From positions 1 through 47,039 of the forward strand of contig JAUVKU010000002.1 in NCBI GenBank assembly GCA_030596105.1: a stretch of 47,039 nucleotides of DNA, given 5' to 3'. The notes beneath the pieces were generated by a model. That model saw only the letters and a list, made by a program, of their open reading frames with translations, made no database searches and was not told the origin of the DNA. The DNA is from a bacterium. Its GTDB lineage: Bacteria; Patescibacteriota; Minisyncoccia; Minisyncoccales; DAOVPY01. Below are positions 20,144 through 29,703 of the stretch, piece by piece (position 1 is the stretch's first letter; every line of letters starts with the position of its first letter). The position numbers and the translations under genes were made by a program.

Positions 20144-20752
20144 CTACAAAAGTTTTGACAAATATTGGTCATAAACAATTGGCGCCCAGCCATTCGCATT
20201 TTTCATATATCCCGCCAAATCATTTAATTCTATCAATCCCCCCTTTAATTTATCCTTTTCTTTTATTGAAATGTCTGGAATGTGTCCCTTAAAATGATAA
20301 ACCAATCCCAAGTGAACAGCTTCAACCGCTCTAGCGTTATCATTTATAATTCCTACTAATTTTTTTTCAATTAGGTTCCCCTTATAATCAACCTCTTCAT
20401 TCCATTCACGCATCATTCCAGCCTCTAAAATATTTTCTTTGATTTTAGTATCAATCGGATTAATATGTCCTCCAACTCCCAATATCCAATCGTTTTTTGA
20501 TTTTAATCTTTTTTCACCCGCTTCTTTCAAATAATGATAAAGAAAATACCTGTCTTCAAAACTAAAAAGCACGTAAGGAATTATTTGTTGCCAAGACGGA
20601 TCGCCTTCAACATCCTTTCGCAACCTAAAATGATAATTATTTTTGATTAAATCTAAATAATAATCTAAATTTTCTGTTTTAAGTCCTTGCCAACAATTCT
20701 TTTCAAAAATAATATCGCTGGCTACCACTAAAACTTTTTCGTTGGATTCCAT
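20144..20752 (-). CDS. Predicted NUDIX-family phosphoesterase
   Basis: E.DPSWQQIIPY, GVGGHIN, REWNEE (Nudix-like), VHLGLV. Confidence 0.8.
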   Translation of the reverse strand: MESNEKVLVVASDIIFEKNCWQGLKTENLDYYLDLIKNNYHFRLRKDVEGDPSWQQIIPYVLFSFEDRYFLYHYLKEAGEKRLKSKNDWILGVGGHINPIDTKIKENILEAGMMREWNEEVDYKGNLIEKKLVGIINDNARAVEAVHLGLVYHFKGHIPDISIKEKDKLKGGLIELNDLAGYMKNANGWAPIVYDQYLSKLL

Positions 20753-20861
20753 TAGTTTATTATGCCTGAAAAATTATTTTTTTGCAAAAAATCAGCATCA
20801 TTCAACACAAAAGAAGCTTAAAATAAGCCCCTTTTAAAAAGAATGTATGACTAATTATATT

Positions 20862-21365
20862 TTATTTTCCGTATTGTTGTTTATCGTCAAGAATATCTTT
20901 TTCTTGCCATTCTACTATCCAATCTTGAACATTAAAAATTTGCTGTTCTTTATTTCTTTTTGAACAAATTATTCTATTAAGGCCAGCATTTATAAGCATT
21001 TTCTTACAAATAAAACATGGGAAAGCATCTACTGATTCTCCTTGATGATCCTCCCCATAAATAAACATATCTCCGCCCAATAGACTTACGCCTGCTCGCG
21101 CCGAATTAATTATCGCATTTTGTTCAGCATGAACGGAACGGCAAATTTCATAGCGTTCACCATGAGGAATTTTCAACTCATTCCTAAGACATTCCCCTCG
21201 CTGGAAACAATCCTTAGTGCCTCTTGAAGCGCCGTTATAACCAGTAGCAATAATTTGGCCATCACGAATAATTACCGCCCCAAATTTAACTCTAAAACAA
21301 GTGGCGCGCTTAGCGATCTCCTTAGCAATATTTAAATAATATTCATCTTTAGATAAACGCTCCAT
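20862..21365 (-). CDS. dCMP deaminase (ComEB-like)
   Basis: TGYNG, HAEQNA and PCFIC zinc motifs. Confidence 0.9.
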   Translation of the reverse strand: MERLSKDEYYLNIAKEIAKRATCFRVKFGAVIIRDGQIIATGYNGASRGTKDCFQRGECLRNELKIPHGERYEICRSVHAEQNAIINSARAGVSLLGGDMFIYGEDHQGESVDAFPCFICKKMLINAGLNRIICSKRNKEQQIFNVQDWIVEWQEKDILDDKQQYGK

Positions 21366-21387
21366 AATTTAAAACCCATTAATGACA

Positions 21388-21441
21388 AAAAAAACATCCC
21401 AATTTTGTCCCAAGCTATAAGAGACAAACGGAATGCTTTTT
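21388..21441 (-). terminator. Terminator immediately after rplK
   Basis: Minus strand gcattcc..tttgtctc-loop-gggacaaa..gggatgt followed by a T run. Confidence 0.65.
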
Positions 21442-21445
21442 ATAT

Positions 21446-21871
21446 CTATCCTTCAACTTCTATTCCCATATTACGAGCAGTTCCCTCAATAATTTTAATT
21501 GCCTGCTCAATATCATCAGTATTTAAATCCGGCATTTTCTTTTCTGCCACCTCTTTAAGCTGAGATTTAGAAATTTTAGCAACCTTAGTTTTATTTGGTT
21601 TACCCGATCCCTTTTCTATGGCCACCGCTTTTTTAAGAAGTTCTGATGCTGGTGGTTGTTTTAATACAAAATCATAAGTCCTGTCTTCATAAACCATAAT
21701 ATCAACCGGAATTTTAAATCCAGATTGTTCTTTTGTCTGATCGTTAAATTTCTGGCAAAATTCAGCAATATTTACGCCATGTTGCGCTAATGCTGGACCT
21801 ACTGGGGGGGCAGGTGTTGCCTTGCCCGCTGGAATATGAAGTTTTATAACTGCTATTATTTTTTTAGCCAT
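21446..21871 (-). CDS. rplK: 50S ribosomal protein L11
   Basis: [28 protein letters not shown]. Confidence 0.98.
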   Translation of the reverse strand: MAKKIIAVIKLHIPAGKATPAPPVGPALAQHGVNIAEFCQKFNDQTKEQSGFKIPVDIMVYEDRTYDFVLKQPPASELLKKAVAIEKGSGKPNKTKVAKISKSQLKEVAEKKMPDLNTDDIEQAIKIIEGTARNMGIEVEG

Positions 21872-21887
21872 ACCTTTATTTATATAT

Positions 21888-22433
21888 TTAAACTTTCTTA
21901 ATTTGTAACGAATCTAATTCTACTGGCGTATCTCTGCCAAACATATTAATCAAAACTTTAATCTTGCCCCTTTCTTTATTAATCTCTGAAACTTTTCCAT
22001 CAAAATCTTTAAAGGGCCCATCTATAATTTTTACAAGCTCTCCAATCTCAACATCAATCTTGAATTCAGGCTCTTCAACTTCAAGCCTTTGTTTTAAACT
22101 TTCAATCTCTTCTGGCAAAACAGGAACAGGCACTGTTCCAGATCCAACAAAACCAGTAACATTCGGTGTATTTCTAATAACATACCACGAATCGTCAGTA
22201 ACAATCATTTCCACCAAAATATATCCTGGATACATTTTTCTTTCGGTAATCTTTTTTTGTCCGCTCTTAATTTTAATCCTCTTTTCTTTCGGCACCAAAA
22301 TATCAAAAATCTTATCTTCCATCCCTAAAGACTCAATTCTTTGTTTGAGATTTTTAGCTACAGCATCTTCGTAACCAGAATACGTATGAATTACATACCA
22401 TCGTTTAGCTTGTAGAAGTTCTTGTTTTGGCAT
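21888..22433 (-). CDS. nusG: Transcription termination/antitermination factor NusG
   Basis: [20 protein letters not shown] motif [17 protein letters not shown]. Confidence 0.98.
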   Translation of the reverse strand: MPKQELLQAKRWYVIHTYSGYEDAVAKNLKQRIESLGMEDKIFDILVPKEKRIKIKSGQKKITERKMYPGYILVEMIVTDDSWYVIRNTPNVTGFVGSGTVPVPVLPEEIESLKQRLEVEEPEFKIDVEIGELVKIIDGPFKDFDGKVSEINKERGKIKVLINMFGRDTPVELDSLQIKKV

Positions 22434-22481
22434 AATTTATATAATATTAAAAATTTATCAAACTCGTTATTCAACCGATTA

Positions 22482-22673
22482 TTAAATAATAAGTTTATTC
22501 AATAAAATCGTAAAAATAAAATCTAAACCACCTAAAAACACGGCAACAACTATTGAAACAACAACCACAATTATGGTATATCTAAAAACTTCTTTGTCGT
22601 CTGGCCAGCTTACTTTATTAATTTCCATCTTGACCTCAGACAAAAACGAAATAATTTTTTTGATAAACTCCAT
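22482..22673 (-). CDS. secE: Preprotein translocase subunit SecE
   Basis: EINKVSWP motif plus one TM helix; upstream of nusG; start ATG 22673. Confidence 0.92.
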   Translation of the reverse strand: MEFIKKIISFLSEVKMEINKVSWPDDKEVFRYTIIVVVVSIVVAVFLGGLDFIFTILLNKLII

Positions 22674-22776
22674 ATTCTTACGAATTTTTAAAATAATTTT
22701 TATATCTTTAATAAAAAAACCCTTTGGGCTCTTATTAAAAATAACAAAATAAGAGATTTTTGTCAAATATAATAAT

Positions 22777-22807
22777 TAAACCCGCTACTTAATAAGCGAC
22801 AGATTTA
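22777..22807. repeat. Degenerate copy of the TAGACCYGTTGC palindrome family
   Basis: taaacccgctacttaataagcgacagattta aligns with 23283-23313. Confidence 0.5.
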
Positions 22808-22814
22808 TTATATT

Positions 22815-23261
22815 CTATCCTGCCATTTCTACTAAATCTATATAATATATATCCAAAATTTCGGTGAGAGTAATAGCTTCAACAAAATAATCTATTTCAT
22901 TTTCTTTATTAATCTGCACAATAAATCTAAATTGCGTTTCGCTTATTTTTTGAGCTTCTAGTATCTTAAAACTTTTAAAATCGTCGCTTATTTCAAATTC
23001 TGTTTTTAAATACTGTTCCATCGCATTCTCGGTCAAATAAATTAACGCCTGATCTTTCGCATTAGCAATCCTAGCATCCATAAATCTATCAAGCGAATAT
23101 TGTGCTGATTGCTGTTCTGATATTTGCTTTAAGGCGGGAATTTCTTTTTTTGTAAAATTTAAAAACTCCCATACTAAAAAACTCTGGATTGAAACAATAA
23201 TTAAAATTCCAACAATCATCAAGACAAATATAAAATTTTCTTTTAAACTCCTACGAAGCAT
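22815..23261 (-). CDS. Hypothetical membrane-anchored protein
   Basis: 148-aa ORF with one N-terminal TM helix. Confidence 0.65.
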   Translation of the reverse strand: MLRRSLKENFIFVLMIVGILIIVSIQSFLVWEFLNFTKKEIPALKQISEQQSAQYSLDRFMDARIANAKDQALIYLTENAMEQYLKTEFEISDDFKSFKILEAQKISETQFRFIVQINKENEIDYFVEAITLTEILDIYYIDLVEMAG

Positions 23262-23282
23262 AAAATTAAATTATTTAACTAT

Positions 23283-23313
23283 TAGACCTGTTGCCTAATA
23301 AGCAACGGGTCTA
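23283..23313. repeat. REP-like palindrome, best copy; may act as gyrB terminator
   Basis: tagacctgttgc-ctaataa-gcaacgggtcta. Confidence 0.7.
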
Positions 23314-23335
23314 TTAAATAAATTCTCAACAAAGA

Positions 23336-25291
23336 TTAAATATCTAAATTCTTTACTTTCTTGGCGTGCGCTTGAATAAATTTTTTCCGAGGGAAAACCT
23401 CATTTCCCATTAAAATATCAAAAATTCTATCTGCTTCTTTGGCTTCTTCAATATAAACTTTTAACAATACTCTATTTTCTGGATTCATTGTTGTATTCCA
23501 TAGCTCATCTGGATTCATCTCTCCAAGACCTTTGTATCGTTGGACAATGGGAGTTCCTTTTCTATCTTTCATTGAGTTCAAAATTTCAACTTTATCGTCA
23601 TCTGTATATCCATATTCAATTTGTTTTCCAGACTGAATTTTATAAAGCGGTGGTTGCGCAATATAAAGATAACCCTTTTCAATAATCTCCTGAAAATAAC
23701 GATAGAATAAAGTCAAAAGTAGCGTGCGAATATGAGACCCGTCAACATCAGCATCAGACATCAATATAATTCTATGATATCTCAATTTATCAATATTAAA
23801 ATCTTCAGCAATTGCTGTTCCCATAGCAATAATCAAAGATTTTATTTCTTTTGACGCCAAAATTTTATCTAATCTCGCTCTCTCCACATTTAAAATTTTA
23901 CCACGCAACGGCAAAATCGCTTGAAATCTTCTATTTCTTGCCTGCCTTGAACTTCCACCAGCACTCTCTCCCTCAACTATATAAATTTCAGATTCTTCTG
24001 GTTGTCGCGAACTACAATCAGCTAATTTTCCAGGCAAGGCCAATCCCTCTAAAGCTCCTTTTCTCAAAACTGTTTGCCTAGCTGCTTTAGCTGCTTTTCT
24101 TGCTTTTAACGCTAAAAAACAATTTTCAATAATACTTCTTGCGTCTTGAGGATACATTTCAAGAAAATCAGATAATCCCTCTGCAATAACAGAATCTACC
24201 GCCATCCTGGCCTCTGGATTACCTAATTTTGCTTTTGTTTGTCCTTCAAATTGAGGTTCTCTTATTTTTATTGAAACTACGCTCGTAAGTCCCTCTCTTA
24301 TATCTTCTCCTGTTAGATTATCTTCACTGTCCTTAAGAAGATTATTTTTTCTGGCATAATCGTTAAGTGTTCGCGTTAACGCCGATCTAAATCCCGTAAG
24401 ATGCATTCCGCCTTCACGAGTATAAATATTATTAGCAAAACTTTCTTCATAAAGCTCGCGCTCATTACTATACACAAAAGAACCCTCCACTATTATTCCG
24501 TCTTTTTCACCATTAACATAAAATACTTCTCGCTGTCTAACAGGAGCTCCACGCGTAAGATATTTAATATATGCCTTAAGACCACCCTCAAAATAAAAAT
24601 TATAACTCTCGCTTGGCTCGTTCTCAATATGCGCATCTTTTATAGATATTTTTATTCCTTTTGTTAGATATGCCTGCTGTCTAAGATGGCTAAAAATCTT
24701 TTTAGGATTAAATTTTATTTCCGTAAAAATTTCTGGATCTGGCTCAAAAGTTATTTTTGTCCCCGTCTTACCACACTTGCCAACTTTTTTCACTGCTGCC
24801 AATGGTTTTCCTTTAACATATTCTTGAACATGCAAAAAACCATCACGACAAACTTCTGCTTTCATATACTGAGACAAAGCACAAACAACGGAAATGCCAA
24901 CCCCATGAAGTCCGCCAGATATTTGATAAGATTTACCACCAAATTTCGCGCCAGCGTGAAGAGTTGTCATTACTGTTTCCAAAGCTGACTTTTTTGTTTG
25001 AGGATGTTTGTCCACTGGTATGCCACGGCCATCGTCAGAAACAGTAACTCTATTATTTGGCAAAAATTCTATATTCATACTACTTCCATGCCCTACCATA
25101 AATTCATCTAAAACATTGTCGCAACATTCCCAAATCAAATGATGTACGCCTTCAACGCCAGTTGAACCAATATACATTCCGGGTCGCTTACGCACAGGAT
25201 CTAATCCCTCTAATACATAAATGTCTTTCGCGGTATAAGACTCCTCTTTATTTGTTTTGTTCTTTGGTTTTATATTATTTTTATCTGCCAT
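23336..25291 (-). CDS. gyrB: DNA gyrase subunit B
   Basis: VRKRPGMYIG, DDGRGIP, GGLHGVG, EGESAGGS, PLRGK, DADVDG, RYKGLGEM. Confidence 0.95.
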   Translation of the reverse strand: MADKNNIKPKNKTNKEESYTAKDIYVLEGLDPVRKRPGMYIGSTGVEGVHHLIWECCDNVLDEFMVGHGSSMNIEFLPNNRVTVSDDGRGIPVDKHPQTKKSALETVMTTLHAGAKFGGKSYQISGGLHGVGISVVCALSQYMKAEVCRDGFLHVQEYVKGKPLAAVKKVGKCGKTGTKITFEPDPEIFTEIKFNPKKIFSHLRQQAYLTKGIKISIKDAHIENEPSESYNFYFEGGLKAYIKYLTRGAPVRQREVFYVNGEKDGIIVEGSFVYSNERELYEESFANNIYTREGGMHLTGFRSALTRTLNDYARKNNLLKDSEDNLTGEDIREGLTSVVSIKIREPQFEGQTKAKLGNPEARMAVDSVIAEGLSDFLEMYPQDARSIIENCFLALKARKAAKAARQTVLRKGALEGLALPGKLADCSSRQPEESEIYIVEGESAGGSSRQARNRRFQAILPLRGKILNVERARLDKILASKEIKSLIIAMGTAIAEDFNIDKLRYHRIILMSDADVDGSHIRTLLLTLFYRYFQEIIEKGYLYIAQPPLYKIQSGKQIEYGYTDDDKVEILNSMKDRKGTPIVQRYKGLGEMNPDELWNTTMNPENRVLLKVYIEEAKEADRIFDILMGNEVFPRKKFIQAHAKKVKNLDI

Positions 25292-25292
25292 A

Positions 25293-27350
25293 TTATTTTC
25301 TTACTTGCCAGCTCGGTTCTTGCTCCAGAGCTTTAATAATTTTTTGTTGAATTTCATTTATTTCTTTTGTTGTAAGAGTTCTGTCTTTGGCCTGATATAT
25401 TATATGAAAAGCTAAATTCTTTTTGCCTTCTGGCAATTCCCCACCTTCATAAATATCAAACAAATCCACATCAACTACCAATTCTCCTCCGCCATTATTA
25501 ATCTTATTTAAAACATCCACTACTTTTGCTTTTGCTGGTAATAGAATAGCAATATCTCGGACAGCGGCTGGATAAACTGAAATTGGCCTATATGCTTGCT
25601 CCTCTGAACACTGAATTATTAGTTTCTCTAAATTAATATTAAACACGCATATTGTTTTTTTAATATTAATGTCCTGCAAAACCCTTAAAGAAATTTCTCC
25701 GATAAATCCAATTTTTTCACCATTAACCTTTAATTCTGCGCGTTTAAATGGATGCCATATATTTATATTAGATTCTTCTGTCATTGGCTTATATTCATCA
25801 TACCAAATATCGCTAATTCCCAACTTATTCAACAACAAATCAATTACACTTTTTATTTCATAAAATAATTCTTTGTCCGCATTCAACCCTTTAACAATTA
25901 CTCCCGCTAACATTGTTTTTTCTTGCTGTTTTTTAGAAAAAACTCTTCCTATTTCAAAAAAATTCAAACTATTACTCGTTTTCAAATTAGATTTAACATT
26001 TTTAAGTAAACCCGGAATTAAACTCGGTCTTAAATATTTTTGTTCAACGGTTACTGGATTTTCTATTTCTAAAAGTTCTTCCTTGCGATAACTAAAATTA
26101 CAAACATCTTTTTCGCTTAAAAAAGAATAATTATAAGTTTCAAAAAATCCAGCCTCTTTTAACACATCTTTTATATTCTTTTGCCAAAAAAATTCTATGT
26201 TTCTTTTTGAAGGCACCAAAGTTGAAATAGGTAAAATTGACCTAATATTTTCATATCCATATATCCTACCAATTTCCTCAATTAAATCTTCTGGAATAGA
26301 AATATCTCTCCTAAACGCGGGAACCTCCACTTCTATAATTCCCTGAGTTTTAAAACTTGTTTTAAAATCCAATTGCCTTAAAATCTTTATTATTTTTTTC
26401 TCTGAAATTCTTACCCCCAACAGCCTTTCCGCATAATCTAAGTTTAATTGAATTTTTTTAGAATAAACTTTTTTAGGATAAAAATCAACCACACCTAAGG
26501 CTATTTTGCCACCTGCGATTTCTTGAATTAAACTCGCTGCCCTATTTATCGCTACTTCAGTTAAATTCGGATCTAAATTATGTTCAAAACGCCAAGAAGC
26601 ATCTGTTTTTAAATTTAATAATTTTGAACATCTACGAATAACTTTAGCGTCAAAATTAGCTGATTCTAAAATTATTGTTTTAGTTTGTTTATCAATTTCC
26701 GCCTTTTTCCCACCCTTAATTCCAGCGATAGCCAATGGCTCTTTACTATCAGCTATAATTAAAATTTCTTTGTTTAAATCATATTTACCATCATCTAAAG
26801 TATATATTTTTTCTCCCTTTTTCGCTTTTCTAATAATTATTTTTTTAGAACCACCGCCGCCTTCAATTTTATCAAAATCAAAAACATGCATCGGCTGTCC
26901 AGTTTCTAACATTATATAATTAACAGCATCAACTATATTATTAATTGCTTGCAAGCCACATACTCTTAATTTTTCTTGAATATATTTTGGCGAAGGCTCA
27001 ACTTTAATTCCAGAAATAACTCTGGTGGTATATCGCTTACAAACATCTTTATCTTTAACATCTATCTTAATAAAATCTTTTGTTTTTGTATCTTTTATTT
27101 TCTTAATAATTGGAAGCGAATCCTTATAATCCAAACCCGTTATGGCTGATATTTCCCTAACAATGCCCAAATGAGAAAAACAATCCTGTCCGCGATTTGG
27201 CGTAATATCAATATCAAAAGACCAATCCTTGCCAATTTTTTGAATTTCTTCAACCTCAAAAGCATGCATTGTCAATAATTCGGCAAGTTTTTTGGGCTCA
27301 GGCAATTTCTTGCTAAAAAAAATTTGTAACCAATTATATGAAAATAACAT
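25293..27350 (-). CDS. pheT: Phenylalanine--tRNA ligase beta subunit (short form without B2 OB domain)
   Basis: ITPNRGQDCFSHLG, GQPMHVFD, RRDISIPEDLIEEIGR, C-terminal FDX-ACB; start ATG 27350. Confidence 0.95.
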   Translation of the reverse strand: MLFSYNWLQIFFSKKLPEPKKLAELLTMHAFEVEEIQKIGKDWSFDIDITPNRGQDCFSHLGIVREISAITGLDYKDSLPIIKKIKDTKTKDFIKIDVKDKDVCKRYTTRVISGIKVEPSPKYIQEKLRVCGLQAINNIVDAVNYIMLETGQPMHVFDFDKIEGGGGSKKIIIRKAKKGEKIYTLDDGKYDLNKEILIIADSKEPLAIAGIKGGKKAEIDKQTKTIILESANFDAKVIRRCSKLLNLKTDASWRFEHNLDPNLTEVAINRAASLIQEIAGGKIALGVVDFYPKKVYSKKIQLNLDYAERLLGVRISEKKIIKILRQLDFKTSFKTQGIIEVEVPAFRRDISIPEDLIEEIGRIYGYENIRSILPISTLVPSKRNIEFFWQKNIKDVLKEAGFFETYNYSFLSEKDVCNFSYRKEELLEIENPVTVEQKYLRPSLIPGLLKNVKSNLKTSNSLNFFEIGRVFSKKQQEKTMLAGVIVKGLNADKELFYEIKSVIDLLLNKLGISDIWYDEYKPMTEESNINIWHPFKRAELKVNGEKIGFIGEISLRVLQDINIKKTICVFNINLEKLIIQCSEEQAYRPISVYPAAVRDIAILLPAKAKVVDVLNKINNGGGELVVDVDLFDIYEGGELPEGKKNLAFHIIYQAKDRTLTTKEINEIQQKIIKALEQEPSWQVRK

Positions 27351-27448
27351 AAGCAATCAATAATTCTTGATAATCTTTTAATCGTCTCGATCGTCTTAAT
27401 GGTCTTAAATTTAGACTTAACTTAATTAAAAGCGAAATTAAATGTAAA

Positions 27449-28288
27449 TTATTCTTTCAAAGTTAAACCGTAATCTCCAACGCTTTCTGCATAATGTTGA
27501 TAAATTTGAGCGGAATTCAACGCTTTGTCGTATATGCGAACATTATCTATAATACCATGAAAACCGCTCGTAGTGGAATCAGAGCCAAGAACTCCGACAC
27601 GAAGAGGGTGTGTTGGATTTAATATCCTATCATCCCCTATAACAACTGAATTTTCCTCAGCACCATTTTCATACATAACTAAATTTGTCCCATCAAATGT
27701 AAAAACTATATGTTGCCACTTATTAAATGCTGCGGTCGATCCAGTTACGCTTTCTACGCCAGAATCAGAATTTTTCCATATTTGACCTTGAAAATTACCC
27801 CCAAATATCCTTAAATCATAACCACCCGGTGCAGAAGCGCTAACTATATACATATCATCAGTCTTATACGGCTTAACCCAAGCTTCAATTGTAATATGAT
27901 CCATATTGGGAGCGGTTCCGAAACTCAAATAATCTCCTGTTCCATCAAATTCTAAAGCGAATTTTCCAGCTCCAATACTACTAACGCTATGGGGTGTAGT
28001 AGTAGTATATACAACATTCCCATTAAATACTCCATGATTATTAAAACCGGATCTATCACAAGCGTCTTCTCCACCAGGACAACCATTCTCAGTACCTTCA
28101 TCAAAATCCCAAATACCAACCGCATTAAATCCTAAAACATGATGTATTAAACTACTATATTCAAGCGTCTTGTTAATTCTCGCTCTTTCTCTTAATCCCT
28201 TCATACTAACTAAAACAAGACTGGCCAAAACTCCAATAATAGCGACAACGGCAAGTAGCTCTATAAGAGTAAAACCTTTTTTATTCAT
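27449..28288 (-). CDS. Type IV pilin-like protein with LamG/ConA-like lectin domain
   Basis: KKGFTLIELLAVVAII prepilin motif; ALEFDG, ITIEAWV, WQHIVFTFDG, IDNVRIYDKAL. Confidence 0.88.
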   Translation of the reverse strand: MNKKGFTLIELLAVVAIIGVLASLVLVSMKGLRERARINKTLEYSSLIHHVLGFNAVGIWDFDEGTENGCPGGEDACDRSGFNNHGVFNGNVVYTTTTPHSVSSIGAGKFALEFDGTGDYLSFGTAPNMDHITIEAWVKPYKTDDMYIVSASAPGGYDLRIFGGNFQGQIWKNSDSGVESVTGSTAAFNKWQHIVFTFDGTNLVMYENGAEENSVVIGDDRILNPTHPLRVGVLGSDSTTSGFHGIIDNVRIYDKALNSAQIYQHYAESVGDYGLTLKE

Positions 28289-28485
28289 ATGTAATTACAA
28301 TTATTAATAAATTAAATTTTTATTTTATAATTTTATTTTAACTTAATTTCACCTAAGAAGCAAATACTATATTTTTAAAATAAACGCTTACTTTTAATGA
28401 TTTTCCTGATACACCTGCGCATATTCAGAACAACGCTTTTATTAAAAAAATAAGCAAATATCTATTACTATAGATCGTTGATTAA

Positions 28486-28579
28486 TAGACCCGTTGCTTA
28501 ATAAGCAATTACTGCAATTTCCATATTTTGACTGAAAATCTGAAAATTTCGCAACATCGCTTAATAAACAGCAGGTCTA
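28486..28579. repeat. Composite element bounded by two arms of the palindrome family
   Basis: Left tagacccgttgcttaataagcaa; right tcgcttaataaacagcaggtcta, whose terminal cta is the murF-like stop codon. Confidence 0.6.
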
Positions 28580-29677
28580 ATTTATTGCCCTTACTTCATC
28601 TACGATTTTTTTCATTCCGATTTCTGTCGCCCCCATAATTAAAATCAAATCTCCTTGCCTAATTTTCTCCTGTAATTTTTTTCCAGCATTTTCACTTCTA
28701 TCAAATTGAAAAATATTTTTTCTTGCAACACCATGTTTTTCAGCGTTTTGCGCAATAAATTTTGCCCTTAAGCCAACTGTAAAAAGTGTGTCAACAAAAG
28801 GAGCTATTTCTTTTCCAATTAATTCATGTGCTCCGATAGCATACTTTCCAACTTCTAAAAAATCGCCCAAAACAGCAATTTTTCTACCACTTGCATTTCC
28901 ATCAAATTCTTTTGGATTAATTTGTTTTAAAACTTCTATTGCTTCTGCCATTGAATAAGAACTTGCATCCCTACTATTATCTAAAATCCACGAATTTTTT
29001 ATTCCATTAATTAACTGCATTTGCCCAGGCAAACCTTGATAAGTTTTTAAAGCTTGTGAGATTTGAACTAAATTCAAGCCCAATGTTGTACCAACTGCGC
29101 TAGCTGCTAATGCGGCATAGATTTGTTTTTTACCAAAAATTTTTTCCAACCAAATAGGAACAATATTTCCTTTATAATTTATTTTAAAATTAACGCCCTG
29201 ATCCAATCTAAGATCATTAACGCTAAAATCGGCTTGTTTTTGAAAGCCAAATGTTTCATTGCGAAGACTTGTGCAATCATCTATTTCTCTTACTGTTTCA
29301 TCATCAAAATTTAAAACTAAACAGCTATTGTTAGATAATGTTTTTGCCAAATCAATAATCTCTTTTGCTTGTTTTTTTTCTCCAGCAAAAAAATTCCGAT
29401 TATGTGGAATTTCTCCAAGAGCTGTTATTGTCAAAATAAGCAAAGAAGATTTTTCGCTTAAAAATTTATAAACTTTTACCATTTCAAAATTCCACGACAA
29501 AATCAAAACCTCTGCCCCTAAAATATTTTTAAAACTTATGTTGGAAGCCATTTTAACTTTAAAATAAGGACTTAAAACACTATGAATAGCTTTCGCAGTG
29601 GCTTCTTTGTTATTACCCGCAACAATAACAATCTTAGGGCTAAATAATGAAAAAATAAATTTAGATAAAATATTCAT
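28577..29677 (-). CDS. murF: MurF-like Mur ligase (short, degenerate P-loop)
   Basis: VLNFDD, PGQM, ILDN, RKIAVLGD, HELIG, GDLILIMG; located in the dcw cluster after ftsI. Confidence 0.7.
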   Translation of the reverse strand: MNILSKFIFSLFSPKIVIVAGNNKEATAKAIHSVLSPYFKVKMASNISFKNILGAEVLILSWNFEMVKVYKFLSEKSSLLILTITALGEIPHNRNFFAGEKKQAKEIIDLAKTLSNNSCLVLNFDDETVREIDDCTSLRNETFGFQKQADFSVNDLRLDQGVNFKINYKGNIVPIWLEKIFGKKQIYAALAASAVGTTLGLNLVQISQALKTYQGLPGQMQLINGIKNSWILDNSRDASSYSMAEAIEVLKQINPKEFDGNASGRKIAVLGDFLEVGKYAIGAHELIGKEIAPFVDTLFTVGLRAKFIAQNAEKHGVARKNIFQFDRSENAGKKLQEKIRQGDLILIMGATEIGMKKIVDEVRAIN

Positions 29678-29703
29678 AATAATGTCATAATATTAAATAA
29701 TTA

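Noticed and set aside
22674-22814. tRNA-Trp or rpmG expected upstream of secE
   Set aside because: No cloverleaf or L33-like ORF visible; only AT-rich DNA and a degenerate palindrome
28380-28445. c-di-GMP riboswitch upstream of the pilin gene
   Set aside because: Only a single hairpin; the conserved class I and II motifs could not be identified by eye
22777-28579. CRISPR array from the recurring roughly 30-bp palindromes
   Set aside because: Copies are dispersed and degenerate with no regular spacers, and there are no cas genes
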